Virus record (IMG/VR): IMGVR_UViG_3300026255_000001
Coordinates: 1-64,000 of that record
Source of the DNA: a virus
Lineage: Duplodnaviria; Caudoviricetes
Length of the DNA: 64,000 nt
Strand: one strand, 5' to 3'
Shown: positions 1 to 9,200 of the stretch, one piece after another
Layout of the letters: each line of letters starts with the position of its first letter
How positions within the stretch are numbered: the first letter of the stretch is position 1
The notes under the pieces: model-generated
The model's input: the letters and a program-made list of their open reading frames with translations, nothing else
What the model was told of the DNA's origin: nothing
Database searches by the model: none
Translations under genes and position numbers: made by a program

Positions 1-1158
1 CTACGCGGCGTCACCGACGATGAGGGTGAGCCGGTTTCACCATCCGACCGGCTGCGGTGTGCGTTTGTTACGCCGATGCTTGCGTATTCGGATACGGGGC
101 TTGTTAGGAGGCAGGCGGATGCGTTGCGGTCGGCCGGATACAATGCGGTCTGCTCGCTGATTGATCTCCAGACAGCTGACGGGAAGCGCGACTATGTGAC
201 TGCGGGGCGGATGGCTACGAAGCTGACGCCAAAGGGGGAGGCGAACCTGGAGGCGTTGCTGTCATCCGGGCTGGTGCCCGTTGTGATCGTGCGAAACGAC
301 TGGGCGGTGCGAAGCCGAACCGGCCGCGTTCCGTCTGTCGGAGGGCAGCCGGATGCCAAGTCTGACTTCTACTCGGCAACCCGCCTTCGGTACGAAAAGC
401 AATTTCTGGACAGCCTTGCCGGATATTATGACCGGGTCCACATTCAGCTGTCCATCGAGCCAGACCTGGCGGAGTCGGCCGGCTTTGCGCTGAGCCTTGC
501 CGAGCATCTTCGTGCGTCTGGATTCCGCAACCGGCTCTTTGTCAATCCGTATTCCGCCGCAGTGGCCGCGCATGAGGCCATCCGGGGCGAACTGGCTGCC
601 GTCGGGGTAGAGTGGGCCAGGAGCCATCACGGCGACTCTGTACCCCCTGACCCGGTGTGGAATACCGACGGCGACACTGCGTTAAACGGGAGCAATGTTC
701 GGGCGCGCGTTGCCAAGATGCAGGCCAGTGGCAAGGACTGGATCCTCTGGACTCAATCGTTAGCCAATAGCCATGGCGATTTCCCCGCAGAGTACATGGA
801 TGTTGGCCTGTCAGAACAGACGTTACCGGCGATGATTACTGGTCATGAAAAAGGCTTTCTTTGGAAGCCGGTCGGCGAAAACTCCGGCAAGCTCCGCGTC
901 TTGCTACCGGAGGTCTGGACGGGCAAGGTGGATCGCGGGAGCGTGGAACTCTGGCGCGGCGGAGAGCGGATCGAGACGCTGGCCTCCACCGGCGTGGCAA
1001 ATGGCAATCGGGAGCATTTCCAGGCGAAGAAGCCCGGCGGTGCATATAACGCCGGGGTGGAGGTTCGGGCGACCGAGGGCGGCAGGACGTGGGTATGGAA
1101 AATCCCAAACCCTGCCGGGCGCAACGAGAACTTGAAGGCCGAGAGGGTAGCGCGATGA
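1..1158 (+). CDS. 5'-truncated protein; possible glycoside-hydrolase-like barrel plus a C-terminal beta domain (GFLWKPV...GNREHF)
   Basis: Frame is open from base 1 through the ATG at 76 to TGA 1158, which overlaps the next ATG. The IEPD and WNTDGD acidic motifs only weakly suggest a hydrolase. Confidence 0.55.
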   Translation, partial: LRGVTDDEGEPVSPSDRLRCAFVTPMLAYSDTGLVRRQADALRSAGYNAVCSLIDLQTADGKRDYVTAGRMATKLTPKGEANLEALLSSGLVPVVIVRNDWAVRSRTGRVPSVGGQPDAKSDFYSATRLRYEKQFLDSLAGYYDRVHIQLSIEPDLAESAGFALSLAEHLRASGFRNRLFVNPYSAAVAAHEAIRGELAAVGVEWARSHHGDSVPPDPVWNTDGDTALNGSNVRARVAKMQASGKDWILWTQSLANSHGDFPAEYMDVGLSEQTLPAMITGHEKGFLWKPVGENSGKLRVLLPEVWTGKVDRGSVELWRGGERIETLASTGVANGNREHFQAKKPGGAYNAGVEVRATEGGRTWVWKIPNPAGRNENLKAERVAR

Positions 1159-1508
1159 GTGACGAGGTGAAACGCGAAGACAACGGTGACTACCGCATCC
1201 ACTCCGGCCAGTTGACCGCGCAGACCGGCATAAGCCTCGGCCTGCTGGTGGCCATGATCGCCATTTTTGGCACCCTCCTTCGGATGAGCAACGACATGGT
1301 GCGGTGGCAGGAGCGCGTTGACTCACGCCTGTGCCTGCTGGAAAACCGAATTAACCAGCAACACGATCCGTGGAGCGGAACGATGATGGCCGCCTACGAC
1401 GCAGAGCTTTCTCGCATTCTTTCCCGGCAGAACCCGGACGTGAAAATGCCGAACGTCAGGGCCATCCAAAAGGCTGGTGCGGAGCTTGAGTGGAGCAATA
1501 GAAAATGA
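1155..1508 (+). CDS. small membrane protein, holin/spanin-like candidate
   Basis: ATGA-coupled start at 1155; one hydrophobic helix (ISLGLLVAMIAIFGTLL) followed by a coiled-coil-like stretch. Confidence 0.5.
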   Translation: MSDEVKREDNGDYRIHSGQLTAQTGISLGLLVAMIAIFGTLLRMSNDMVRWQERVDSRLCLLENRINQQHDPWSGTMMAAYDAELSRILSRQNPDVKMPNVRAIQKAGAELEWSNRK

Positions 1509-2164
1509 CCGCCCAACTGTTCAACCGTGACGCGCTCCTGCCTGGGATGGACATTTCCCGCATGACCCCCGCTCTCATCAGCAAGGGGATCGTGCTACGC
1601 ACACAGGGTCTTCGCGTTCTTCTATCTGGCACCGGCCTGTCCCACGACGCAAAGCTGATCCGGTGCGGTAGCCAATGGTACGTTGGCGATGCACACATGG
1701 GGCAGGTGGCGCAGATGACCCCGCTCGAAAAGTGGGAGGACGATATGCGCCGGGGCAAGGCTCGCGTTGTGGTGTACCGGCCCATCGGCGTGACGCCGGA
1801 GAGAATGGCCGCTTCTGCTTGGTACTGGCAGACGGAAATTTCCGGTCAAAAGAAGTATGACGCCAAGGCCATCCGCCACCTGCTGTTCTTTTACGCTACC
1901 GCCGAATTACTCAACGTCCGGCTCGGTGACGAGGATCGGCTATACTGCACGGAGAGCTTGAAGGAGGCTGACGTGCGCGGCGGCGGCTATGATCCCTACC
2001 GCAAGCCCAATGGCTTCGAGAAGGTCAACCCAACGCCGGGGACAACCAGAAACCGGATTGTCGGAAAGAACGGCTGGCGAACTTTTGAGGTTGTGCCAAA
2101 CGCGCTGACGAAATTTGGCGAGCAGTTTATGATACGGCTTCCTGCGCGAAGGAGCGCGTCCTGA
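1505..2164 (+). CDS. permuted papain-like NlpC/P60 amidase/peptidase (YaeF/YiiX-like)
   Basis: Permuted catalytic order: SH (LSHDA) first, then KKYD, then late Cys in LYCTE. Confidence 0.7.
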   Translation: MTAQLFNRDALLPGMDISRMTPALISKGIVLRTQGLRVLLSGTGLSHDAKLIRCGSQWYVGDAHMGQVAQMTPLEKWEDDMRRGKARVVVYRPIGVTPERMAASAWYWQTEISGQKKYDAKAIRHLLFFYATAELLNVRLGDEDRLYCTESLKEADVRGGGYDPYRKPNGFEKVNPTPGTTRNRIVGKNGWRTFEVVPNALTKFGEQFMIRLPARRSAS

Positions 2165-2165
2165 A

Positions 2166-5000
2166 ATGATGGTCGGGCTCAAGGAGAAGTACGGCATGGG
2201 GTGGCCGGAGGACATGCCGGACGCCTTGATCGACCTGAAGGTGTGGAAGCACTGGCGGGAGCCGGAGTACGCCGCCTGCACCGAGAAGGAGCCGTGGGAG
2301 TGCTTCTGGCGCGCCATCTACTCGCTCATTCCCCGCAAGGAGTTCGTCCGCCACGAGTGGAGCGAGCAGCACGTCTACGACTGGACCACGGAAAAGTTCC
2401 TCATTACTTGGGGCTGTGCGAGTTCGGGTAAAGCGCAGCCGCTGGATGCTATTGTCTATACTCCGACCGGCCCCCGCAGGATGGGGGATTTACAGGTGGG
2501 TGACCGCGTTATCGCCCAGGACGGAAAGACGTCTGCGATAATTCGAACCCACGACGTTGGGCACCAGGATGAGTATAAGGTTGAGTTTGGGGATGGCACG
2601 AGCACGGTCTGCGCAGGGACCCACTTGTGGGAAGTCGGATTCAAGGACGGAGTGGATCGCCGAAACCACATAGTCGAGACCGAGTGGTTGAGTCGGCAAA
2701 ACCGCATCGGGAAGTTTTTTGTTCCATTGTGTGAACCGGTATATTTTGAAAAACGGCCGAGCCTGATTCCCCATTATTTAATGGGGGTCCTTCTTGGAGA
2801 CGGGTGTTTTGTCGTGGGCGGCCAAGTTAGGTTGTCCGCCACGGATCCGGATATTATAGCGGCCGCGCGCGAGTGTTTGAAGAAAGGATATGACTTAAAG
2901 CCCGTAGCTCCCGGCGACTTCGTGATCGTTAAATCCTCCTTGGCCCACAGTGGGGCTAATTATTATCTGCGGGCGATAAAACATTACGGGCTGGATAAAG
3001 CCAAGTCGGCCGAGAAGTTCATTCCCGACGACTATCTGTACTCCGAGAAAAGAAGCCGTGAGGAGTTGTTGGCCGGGCTCATGGACACGGATGGGACGGT
3101 AGGCACTAACGGAGGGCTGTCGTTCACGTCCGTGTCCGAGCGGTTGGCCCGCGGCGTGCAGTTTTTAGTCCAGTCGCTTGGGGGCGTTGCGTCTATTTCA
3201 TCGCGCATACCTGTTTTCCGCGGGCCAAACGGAGAGAAGAAAAAAGGCCAGCGCGCCTACACTGTTTCCCTTCGCCTTCCAGATAATGGGTTTTTATTCA
3301 AGAGCGGAAAAAAGCAAAGCCGGCTTTCGGCGTCTTCCCGCGGGCTTCGCGGTCGGTATATCGTGCGCGTCGCTCGCACCGGACGCAAAGTGCCAATGAA
3401 GTGCATAACACTGGATCACCCACGGGGGCTGTACCTCACGAACGATTTTATCGCCACCCACAACAGCAACGACATGGGCCTGCTCACCCTGATCGACTGG
3501 ATGGTCGACCCCCAGGAGACCGTGGCGATTCTGGCCTCGACGTCCCTGCAGATGTTGAAGATCCGCTCCTACGAATCCGTGTTGCGGTACTTCCATTACA
3601 TCAAGCACTTCTCGCGGTTCGAAATGCCCGGCAAGCTGCGCAAGACCGACAACGCCATCATCCTCGATGAGGACGACGAGCTGGGCGTTGCCACCGACAA
3701 GGCGTCGATCCGCGGCGTCGCTGTGGCCGAAGGCACCGAGCAGGAGGCCCGCACGAAGCTCACCGGCGCCCACTTGCCCTACGTCCGCCTGGTCCTCGAC
3801 GAGCTGTCCCAGATGCGCCCGGCCGCCATGCGGGTACGCACCAACCTATCCATCGGCGCCAAGGACTTCAAGCTCGTCGGCCTCTGCAACCCCGACAGCT
3901 TCACGGATCTTGCGGCCCAGTATTCCAAGCCCATTTTGCCGGGCGGCTTTGCCGCCATCGACCCTGAAACCACACATGAATGGCATAGCCCTTACGGAAA
4001 GATCAGGCGCCATGACGGTCTCAGAAGCCCGGCAATCCTTTACCCCGAGAAGAAGCTCACGTTCCTGCTGACCAAGGAGAAGCTCGACGACATCCGCAAG
4101 GACGTCGGCGGCAACGAGGACGACCCCGAGTTCTGGACCATGGTGCGCGGGTTCCCTCCCGCCCAGGGCAAGAAGCAGACCTTGCTGTCGATGACCGAGG
4201 TGCTGCGTAGCGGCTCCACGGAGGACGTCACGTGGATGGGCGCCCCGTCGGTGACCGTGCTGGGCTGCGACCCCGCGTTCTCCGAAGGCGGGAACCGGGC
4301 CGTCATGCAGGCCATCGAAATCGGCATCGACAAGAACAATCAGGTCAAGCTGTCGTGCCTGGAGCCCCGGTACGCCAGGGTCGACGCGTCCTCGGCCATC
4401 CCCGTCACGGACCAGGTGGGCGACGCCATCAAGGAGTACGCCGAGGAGCTGAGCGTCAAGCCCGAGCTGATCGGCGTGGACGACAGCGCGACCCAGAGCG
4501 TGGCCGACTATTTGCAGTCCAAGCATTTCATGACGGTTCGCCGGTTCGTGTCCAACGCCGCGGCCTCGGACATGCCGTTGTCCAAGGGCGACGTGCGCAA
4601 GGCGTCGGACCGCTTCAAGAACCAGTCGACCGAGCTGTGGGCCGCCGTCGCCGCCTTCGTCCGCGCGGGCCAGGTGCGCAACGTGCCGCTCGTCGCCATG
4701 GAGCAGCTCTGCGGGCGCCTGCTGGAGCGCGTCGGCGTGCTGCGCCGACTGCTGTCCAAGAAGAAGTCGACCCGCGAGGGCAACGAGCTCAAGGCCGGCG
4801 AATCCCCCGACGAGCAGGACGCCCTGTCCATCGCGATCGGCGTCGTACGATTTGTCTTGAATATGCAGGCGGGGGCCGATACGATTTCGAACAAATATGC
4901 GGGACCCTGGGGCCGTCGTCCCGGGGGACCGTCTGGGTTCAGGCGGCTGGCCCAGAGGTACGACCTGGACGCCAGGGCGTACAAAACGGCCGCGGTATAG
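2166..5000 (+). CDS. terL: terminase large subunit (intein-containing)
   Basis: Walker A GCASSGK|S split by an intein, Walker B LVLDE, nuclease-domain motifs LGCDPA, IGVDD, SPDEQDA; lies upstream of portal and capsid genes. Confidence 0.9.
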   Translation: MMVGLKEKYGMGWPEDMPDALIDLKVWKHWREPEYAACTEKEPWECFWRAIYSLIPRKEFVRHEWSEQHVYDWTTEKFLITWGCASSGKAQPLDAIVYTPTGPRRMGDLQVGDRVIAQDGKTSAIIRTHDVGHQDEYKVEFGDGTSTVCAGTHLWEVGFKDGVDRRNHIVETEWLSRQNRIGKFFVPLCEPVYFEKRPSLIPHYLMGVLLGDGCFVVGGQVRLSATDPDIIAAARECLKKGYDLKPVAPGDFVIVKSSLAHSGANYYLRAIKHYGLDKAKSAEKFIPDDYLYSEKRSREELLAGLMDTDGTVGTNGGLSFTSVSERLARGVQFLVQSLGGVASISSRIPVFRGPNGEKKKGQRAYTVSLRLPDNGFLFKSGKKQSRLSASSRGLRGRYIVRVARTGRKVPMKCITLDHPRGLYLTNDFIATHNSNDMGLLTLIDWMVDPQETVAILASTSLQMLKIRSYESVLRYFHYIKHFSRFEMPGKLRKTDNAIILDEDDELGVATDKASIRGVAVAEGTEQEARTKLTGAHLPYVRLVLDELSQMRPAAMRVRTNLSIGAKDFKLVGLCNPDSFTDLAAQYSKPILPGGFAAIDPETTHEWHSPYGKIRRHDGLRSPAILYPEKKLTFLLTKEKLDDIRKDVGGNEDDPEFWTMVRGFPPAQGKKQTLLSMTEVLRSGSTEDVTWMGAPSVTVLGCDPAFSEGGNRAVMQAIEIGIDKNNQVKLSCLEPRYARVDASSAIPVTDQVGDAIKEYAEELSVKPELIGVDDSATQSVADYLQSKHFMTVRRFVSNAAASDMPLSKGDVRKASDRFKNQSTELWAAVAAFVRAGQVRNVPLVAMEQLCGRLLERVGVLRRLLSKKKSTREGNELKAGESPDEQDALSIAIGVVRFVLNMQAGADTISNKYAGPWGRRPGGPSGFRRLAQRYDLDARAYKTAAV
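2433..3464 (+). mobile_element. class-3 intein with LAGLIDADG homing endonuclease (344 aa)
   Basis: Starts AQPL, ends THN before Ser+1; WCT triplet (HLW, MKCI, ATHN); two LAGLIDADG motifs LMGVLLGDG and LLAGLMDTDG; codon usage is more AT-rich than the flanking exteins. Confidence 0.92.
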
Positions 5001-5010
5001 GAGAACAACC

Positions 5011-5319
5011 ATGAGTGACGACCAGATCAAGCCAGACTTCACCCCGAAACCCCCGACCGAGCAAGAGCTGCCCCAGGGCGCCCAGGCGTTCATCCAGGCC
5101 CTGGAGGCCGCCTATAACGCCGTCGGCGAGCTCTACGCGCCGTACGTCGAGCGGATGCCGGCAGTGGGACGCAACTTCGAGCAGACCATGTTCAAGCTGC
5201 GCGAAGCCGGGATGTGGACCAACGACGCCCTGACCATGATCATGAATCCGCAGATGTTCCAGGTGGCCAAGCCGGAACAGCCGGAGAGCGAAGATGCCCC
5301 GCCCCAAGAAGACCAGTAA
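5011..5319 (+). CDS. hypothetical protein
   Basis: AGGAG RBS at 4999 before ATG 5011; GC3-biased codons. Confidence 0.7.
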   Translation: MSDDQIKPDFTPKPPTEQELPQGAQAFIQALEAAYNAVGELYAPYVERMPAVGRNFEQTMFKLREAGMWTNDALTMIMNPQMFQVAKPEQPESEDAPPQEDQ

Positions 5320-5671
5320 GGTAGTCGAGTTGGGCTTCAAGGAGCCCCGCAAGCTGTGCCCGTTCTCCGGCGACGATCTGAAGATCGTCCCCGTGACGGC
5401 CGCGGCGGCGGGGCACCTTGTCGAGAAGTTCCAGGTGCGCGGCACCGGCTGGGTGTCGACGAAGCTCTTCGATAGCCGCGAGGAGGCCGAGTGGGTTTTC
5501 TCGCACGATCACGGCGTGCCTCCCCGCATGAAGAACCCTTACAAGCGGGTCGAGGTCGTGGGGGAGGTTCTTCCGCCGGATCCTTCGATGGAGGATGTTG
5601 AGAAGGGTGTCAAGGACGCTCTGGCCCTGGGCGAGGATTTCGCCGGGGCCGCTTCGGAGATCATGAAATGA
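5294..5671 (+). CDS. hypothetical protein
   Basis: 125-aa ORF, stop overlaps next start (ATGA), typical codon bias. Confidence 0.7.
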   Translation: MPRPKKTSKVVELGFKEPRKLCPFSGDDLKIVPVTAAAAGHLVEKFQVRGTGWVSTKLFDSREEAEWVFSHDHGVPPRMKNPYKRVEVVGEVLPPDPSMEDVEKGVKDALALGEDFAGAASEIMK

Positions 5672-6315
5672 CCGAGCCGCAGAGAGCCAGGTTCATGCAC
5701 GCCGGAACGGTTCCGCCGATCGGCTGGATCTACGAGATCGAGCACGAGGGCGAAACCTTCCGGTTTCAGTCCCCGATGCAGATCGGGCTCATGCAGCAGC
5801 TCAAGCGGTGGTACGCCGACAAGAAGCTGGAGTGGCCGGGCGACCCGGAGATGCGTGCGCGGATCGAGCACTTCATCTGCCAGCGGCTGCCCAAGGGGTT
5901 CTGTGTCGGCGGCCCCGACGAGCCCGCGGTCCCGTATCTGTCCGTGCGAATGATAAAGGACGCCACCCGTCTCATCGTCGGGCGGTTGTTCAACCGCAAG
6001 GACTTCTTCGTCGAGCAGGCGGAGGCCGAGCGGCGCGCGGCCATCTGCGCAAACTGCCCGTCGAACCTCCACGGCATCTGCACAAGCTGCCCCGGCAACG
6101 AATTCTTCGACCTGTTCGGGTGGTTCGTGCGGGCCGGGAAGAAGACGTCGGTTGATGCCGCGCTCGATACCTGCCGGGTATGCAAATGCCTGCTCAGGGC
6201 GAAGGTCTGGGTGCAGCAGTCCACACTGAACGAGTTGTCGCGCCACACCTATCCCGAGAATTGCTGGCTGCACGGGACGCCGGCGCACATCCCCGCCAAG
6301 GAGACCGAGAAATGA
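5668..6315 (+). CDS. Cys-rich, probably metal-binding phage protein
   Basis: CANC, CTSC, CRVCKC and NCW motifs; coupled to both neighbours by ATGA overlaps. Confidence 0.7.
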   Translation: MTEPQRARFMHAGTVPPIGWIYEIEHEGETFRFQSPMQIGLMQQLKRWYADKKLEWPGDPEMRARIEHFICQRLPKGFCVGGPDEPAVPYLSVRMIKDATRLIVGRLFNRKDFFVEQAEAERRAAICANCPSNLHGICTSCPGNEFFDLFGWFVRAGKKTSVDAALDTCRVCKCLLRAKVWVQQSTLNELSRHTYPENCWLHGTPAHIPAKETEK

Positions 6316-8771
6316 AACAGGCCGAAGTAGTCGATGTCTCCCCTCCCCCCGGCGCCCGCAAGCAGGAAGCCATCATGACGGTCGACCACAAGGCGCGCGC
6401 CGTCCGCGACCGCCTGGGCAACCCCGAGGTCGCGCGGCAGGTCTACCAGCGCTACCGCCAGGCGCTGATCGACGTGCACCGCGCGGACGCGCGCGTCATG
6501 GCGCTGCATCGCGGCGTGGCGCCCTACGACGACGCCGAGCTGCGCGGCCTTGGCCAGGGCTGGCGCGCCAACCTGAACCTGCGCGAGATGAAGGGCATCG
6601 TCAACCACCGCGCCGACACCGCCTACGACCTGCACATGGAGGTCGGCAACCGCATCAAGGTGACCGTGCGCCCCGAGTACCAGGAGTACCGGTCGCCCAA
6701 CCCCCTGGCGCAGTACGGCGAGATCATCGCCGAAGAGTACACCCACATGCTCAACGTCGACTGGCCGGAGAACTACCTCCTGCTCGACCAGGTAAGCCGC
6801 GACCGCATCAAGCTGGGCCTCGGCGTGGCCTGCTGGCCGGACGAATGGGACTGGCGCCCCGTGCGCATGCCCAAGTACAGCTTTTTCACTGACCCCAAGT
6901 TCCCGCCCCTGGCCGACTCCATTCCGTGCTGCGTCGTCCGCGACACCCTGCTGCTTCAGGACATCCTCCCCAAGCTCGAGCCCGAGAACGCCGAGGCCGC
7001 CAAGATGGCGGGTTGGAACGTCGAGGAGCTGCGCGCGGTCGTCCTGCAGTTCTACAAGGCGACGACCGACTCCAACGCCACGACCGAGCCCCCGTCCGTG
7101 CGGGACGATGTCATTGGGCAGTGGGCCGCCTTCGAAGCCTGGCGGGCCAGCCGCCCGGCGGAGGTCGCCGTCTTCGAGCTCGAGAGCATCCCTGTCGTCC
7201 GCTACCTCATCAAATCCGTGACGGGCCCCGAGGTCAGCCACTACATCGACATCGACCCCGCCATGGGTACCTGTCAGCCCGAGGATTTCATTTTCAAGAA
7301 GCTCGAGCAGTTCGAGAAGATGAGCCAGGCGATCTGGCTCAACCCGTTCAACTATTCCGAGGGGACGATTGGATCTGTCGACGGCCTGGGCCACGACCTG
7401 GCGCCGTACTGCGAGATTTCCAACCGCATGCTCAACACCGCGCTCGACGGGGGCATGCTGTCCGGCGGGCTCGTGCTGCAGGCGCAACAGGGCTGGGACG
7501 CCGACGAGATGTCCGTGGTCCGCATCGGGCCAACGACGCTGATTCCGCCGGGGCTCCAGGCCATCAACTCCGCGTTCGCGCCGCCCATCGAGCGGCTGCT
7601 CGAGCTGCGCATGGCGGTCCGCGGCGTCTACTCCAACAACGTCGGCATGACGCGGATGAACCCCGAGATGATGGAAGTCTCGGCCCGCGGCACCCGCTCG
7701 ACCGAGGAAGTCGTTTCCGAGCGCCAGCGGGAGTTCCGCATCGAGGCCAACGCCGCCAACTTTGAGTACATGATGTGGACCAACCTGCACCGCGAGATTT
7801 TCCGCCGCGCCGTGATATTGTCCAAGAAGTCAGGGAAGCTGCCCGGGGCCAAAGAGGCCAAGGCGTTCCGCGAGCGCTGCCTGCGCCGCAACGTCCCCGA
7901 GATCCTTTTCGACAAGTTCGAGGACGCCCTGGTCGTTGAGGTCAACCGCGCAATCGGCGGCGGCAGCCCCGAGGCCCGCGAGACTACGTGGGGCAAGCTC
8001 ATGAAACTGCGCGGAGCGATGGACGAGGCTGGTCGCAGGTACGTCGAGCGCCAGTTCGTGTCGGCCCTCATCGGCTACAAGGACGTCGACAACGTCTTCC
8101 CGCTGGGCACCCGCGACCAGATCCCGACAAACGAGAAGTCCATCGCTACCCTCGAGAACAACGACTTCCGCGAAGGCGCCTATGTGCCGGCCGGCAGCGA
8201 TCAGCTGCACACCGCCCATCTGGCGATCCACTTCGAGCTGCTGGGCGGCATGGTGCAGTCCTACGACCAGCCCCAGGAGGGCAAGCCGGCCGACCCGGAG
8301 GCCATCCTGCGGACGTTCTCCGCGGCGTTGCCGAACTGCGAGGAGCACATCCGGTTCCTGGCCGCCGACGAAAGCCGCAAGGACTTTGTCCGGCGCGCCT
8401 CCGACATGCTCAAGGAGCTCGTGGTGTTCTACCGCCGCGTCGAGAAGGAAGCCCAGCAGAACGCCGACCAGCGCCAGCGCCTCGAGATGGAGCGCCAGCA
8501 GCAGGTAATGCAGGAACTGGAGAACCGCATGAACGGAGAAACCGCCGTGAAGCTGCGCGAGGTGGAGCTCAAGGCCCAGCTCGAAGCCTTGAAGCAGGAG
8601 TCGCTCAACGCCGTCAGGGCCGAGAAGACCACTGCCCAGAACGAGATCAAGCGCTGGGGCGCCGAGATGCGCAGCCAGCTGGACCGCGAAATGGCGGAAC
8701 GCAAGATGGCGCTCGAGGAGGAGGTCGCGCGGCGCAAAGCCGACTTGGCCGACTACAAGCGGGCGGATTAA
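6312..8771 (+). CDS. portal protein (probable)
   Basis: About 819 aa from the ATGA-coupled start at 6312; position between terL and scaffold/MCP; helical with a C-terminal coiled coil. Confidence 0.7.
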   Translation: MKQAEVVDVSPPPGARKQEAIMTVDHKARAVRDRLGNPEVARQVYQRYRQALIDVHRADARVMALHRGVAPYDDAELRGLGQGWRANLNLREMKGIVNHRADTAYDLHMEVGNRIKVTVRPEYQEYRSPNPLAQYGEIIAEEYTHMLNVDWPENYLLLDQVSRDRIKLGLGVACWPDEWDWRPVRMPKYSFFTDPKFPPLADSIPCCVVRDTLLLQDILPKLEPENAEAAKMAGWNVEELRAVVLQFYKATTDSNATTEPPSVRDDVIGQWAAFEAWRASRPAEVAVFELESIPVVRYLIKSVTGPEVSHYIDIDPAMGTCQPEDFIFKKLEQFEKMSQAIWLNPFNYSEGTIGSVDGLGHDLAPYCEISNRMLNTALDGGMLSGGLVLQAQQGWDADEMSVVRIGPTTLIPPGLQAINSAFAPPIERLLELRMAVRGVYSNNVGMTRMNPEMMEVSARGTRSTEEVVSERQREFRIEANAANFEYMMWTNLHREIFRRAVILSKKSGKLPGAKEAKAFRERCLRRNVPEILFDKFEDALVVEVNRAIGGGSPEARETTWGKLMKLRGAMDEAGRRYVERQFVSALIGYKDVDNVFPLGTRDQIPTNEKSIATLENNDFREGAYVPAGSDQLHTAHLAIHFELLGGMVQSYDQPQEGKPADPEAILRTFSAALPNCEEHIRFLAADESRKDFVRRASDMLKELVVFYRRVEKEAQQNADQRQRLEMERQQQVMQELENRMNGETAVKLREVELKAQLEALKQESLNAVRAEKTTAQNEIKRWGAEMRSQLDREMAERKMALEEEVARRKADLADYKRAD

Positions 8772-8801
8772 GGCCCCGGGGAGAACAACCAGGAGAACGA
8801 G

Positions 8802-9200
8802 ATGAGCGAAAACAAGAAGCCGCAGTTGCGGCATGAACTGCTGGATTTCGTGAGGACCGCGCCCGGAGTGGCGGATGCCCACGCAAAATACATGGCGAAC
8901 GGGGGCGAGAGGCTGCTGGAGCTCGCCGTCAATTCCATCCGCGGGGAGATGTTTCCGTGGGACCAGCCCCAGCACGTCCAGGCGTCGTACGGCGCCTTCG
9001 TGGGCGGGGCCACCTGGATGGCCAAGTTGCTGCGCAACGTCGTCGTCATGGCCAACAACCGCAGCGAGGCGCTGCGCATGCTGGCCCAGGCCGACGGATC
9101 CATCAGCGAAGAGGAGCGCCGCCTGCTGCGCGAGATGTACGGCTACTCGGAAGAAGAGCTCGAGAGCTATAAGAAGAAACCCGCAAGGAGAACGACATGA
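8802..9200 (+). CDS. hypothetical protein of the head module
   Basis: AGGAGAAC RBS; 132 aa; coupled to the next gene. Confidence 0.7.
   Translation: MSENKKPQLRHELLDFVRTAPGVADAHAKYMANGGERLLELAVNSIRGEMFPWDQPQHVQASYGAFVGGATWMAKLLRNVVVMANNRSEALRMLAQADGSISEEERRLLREMYGYSEEELESYKKKPARRTT

Noticed and set aside
6180-6311. Longer upstream starts in the ORF track for portal, MCP (10632), helicase (60726), JAB (62564) and several small genes
   Set aside because: Downstream starts have RBSs or ATGA coupling; the extensions overlap neighbouring genes.
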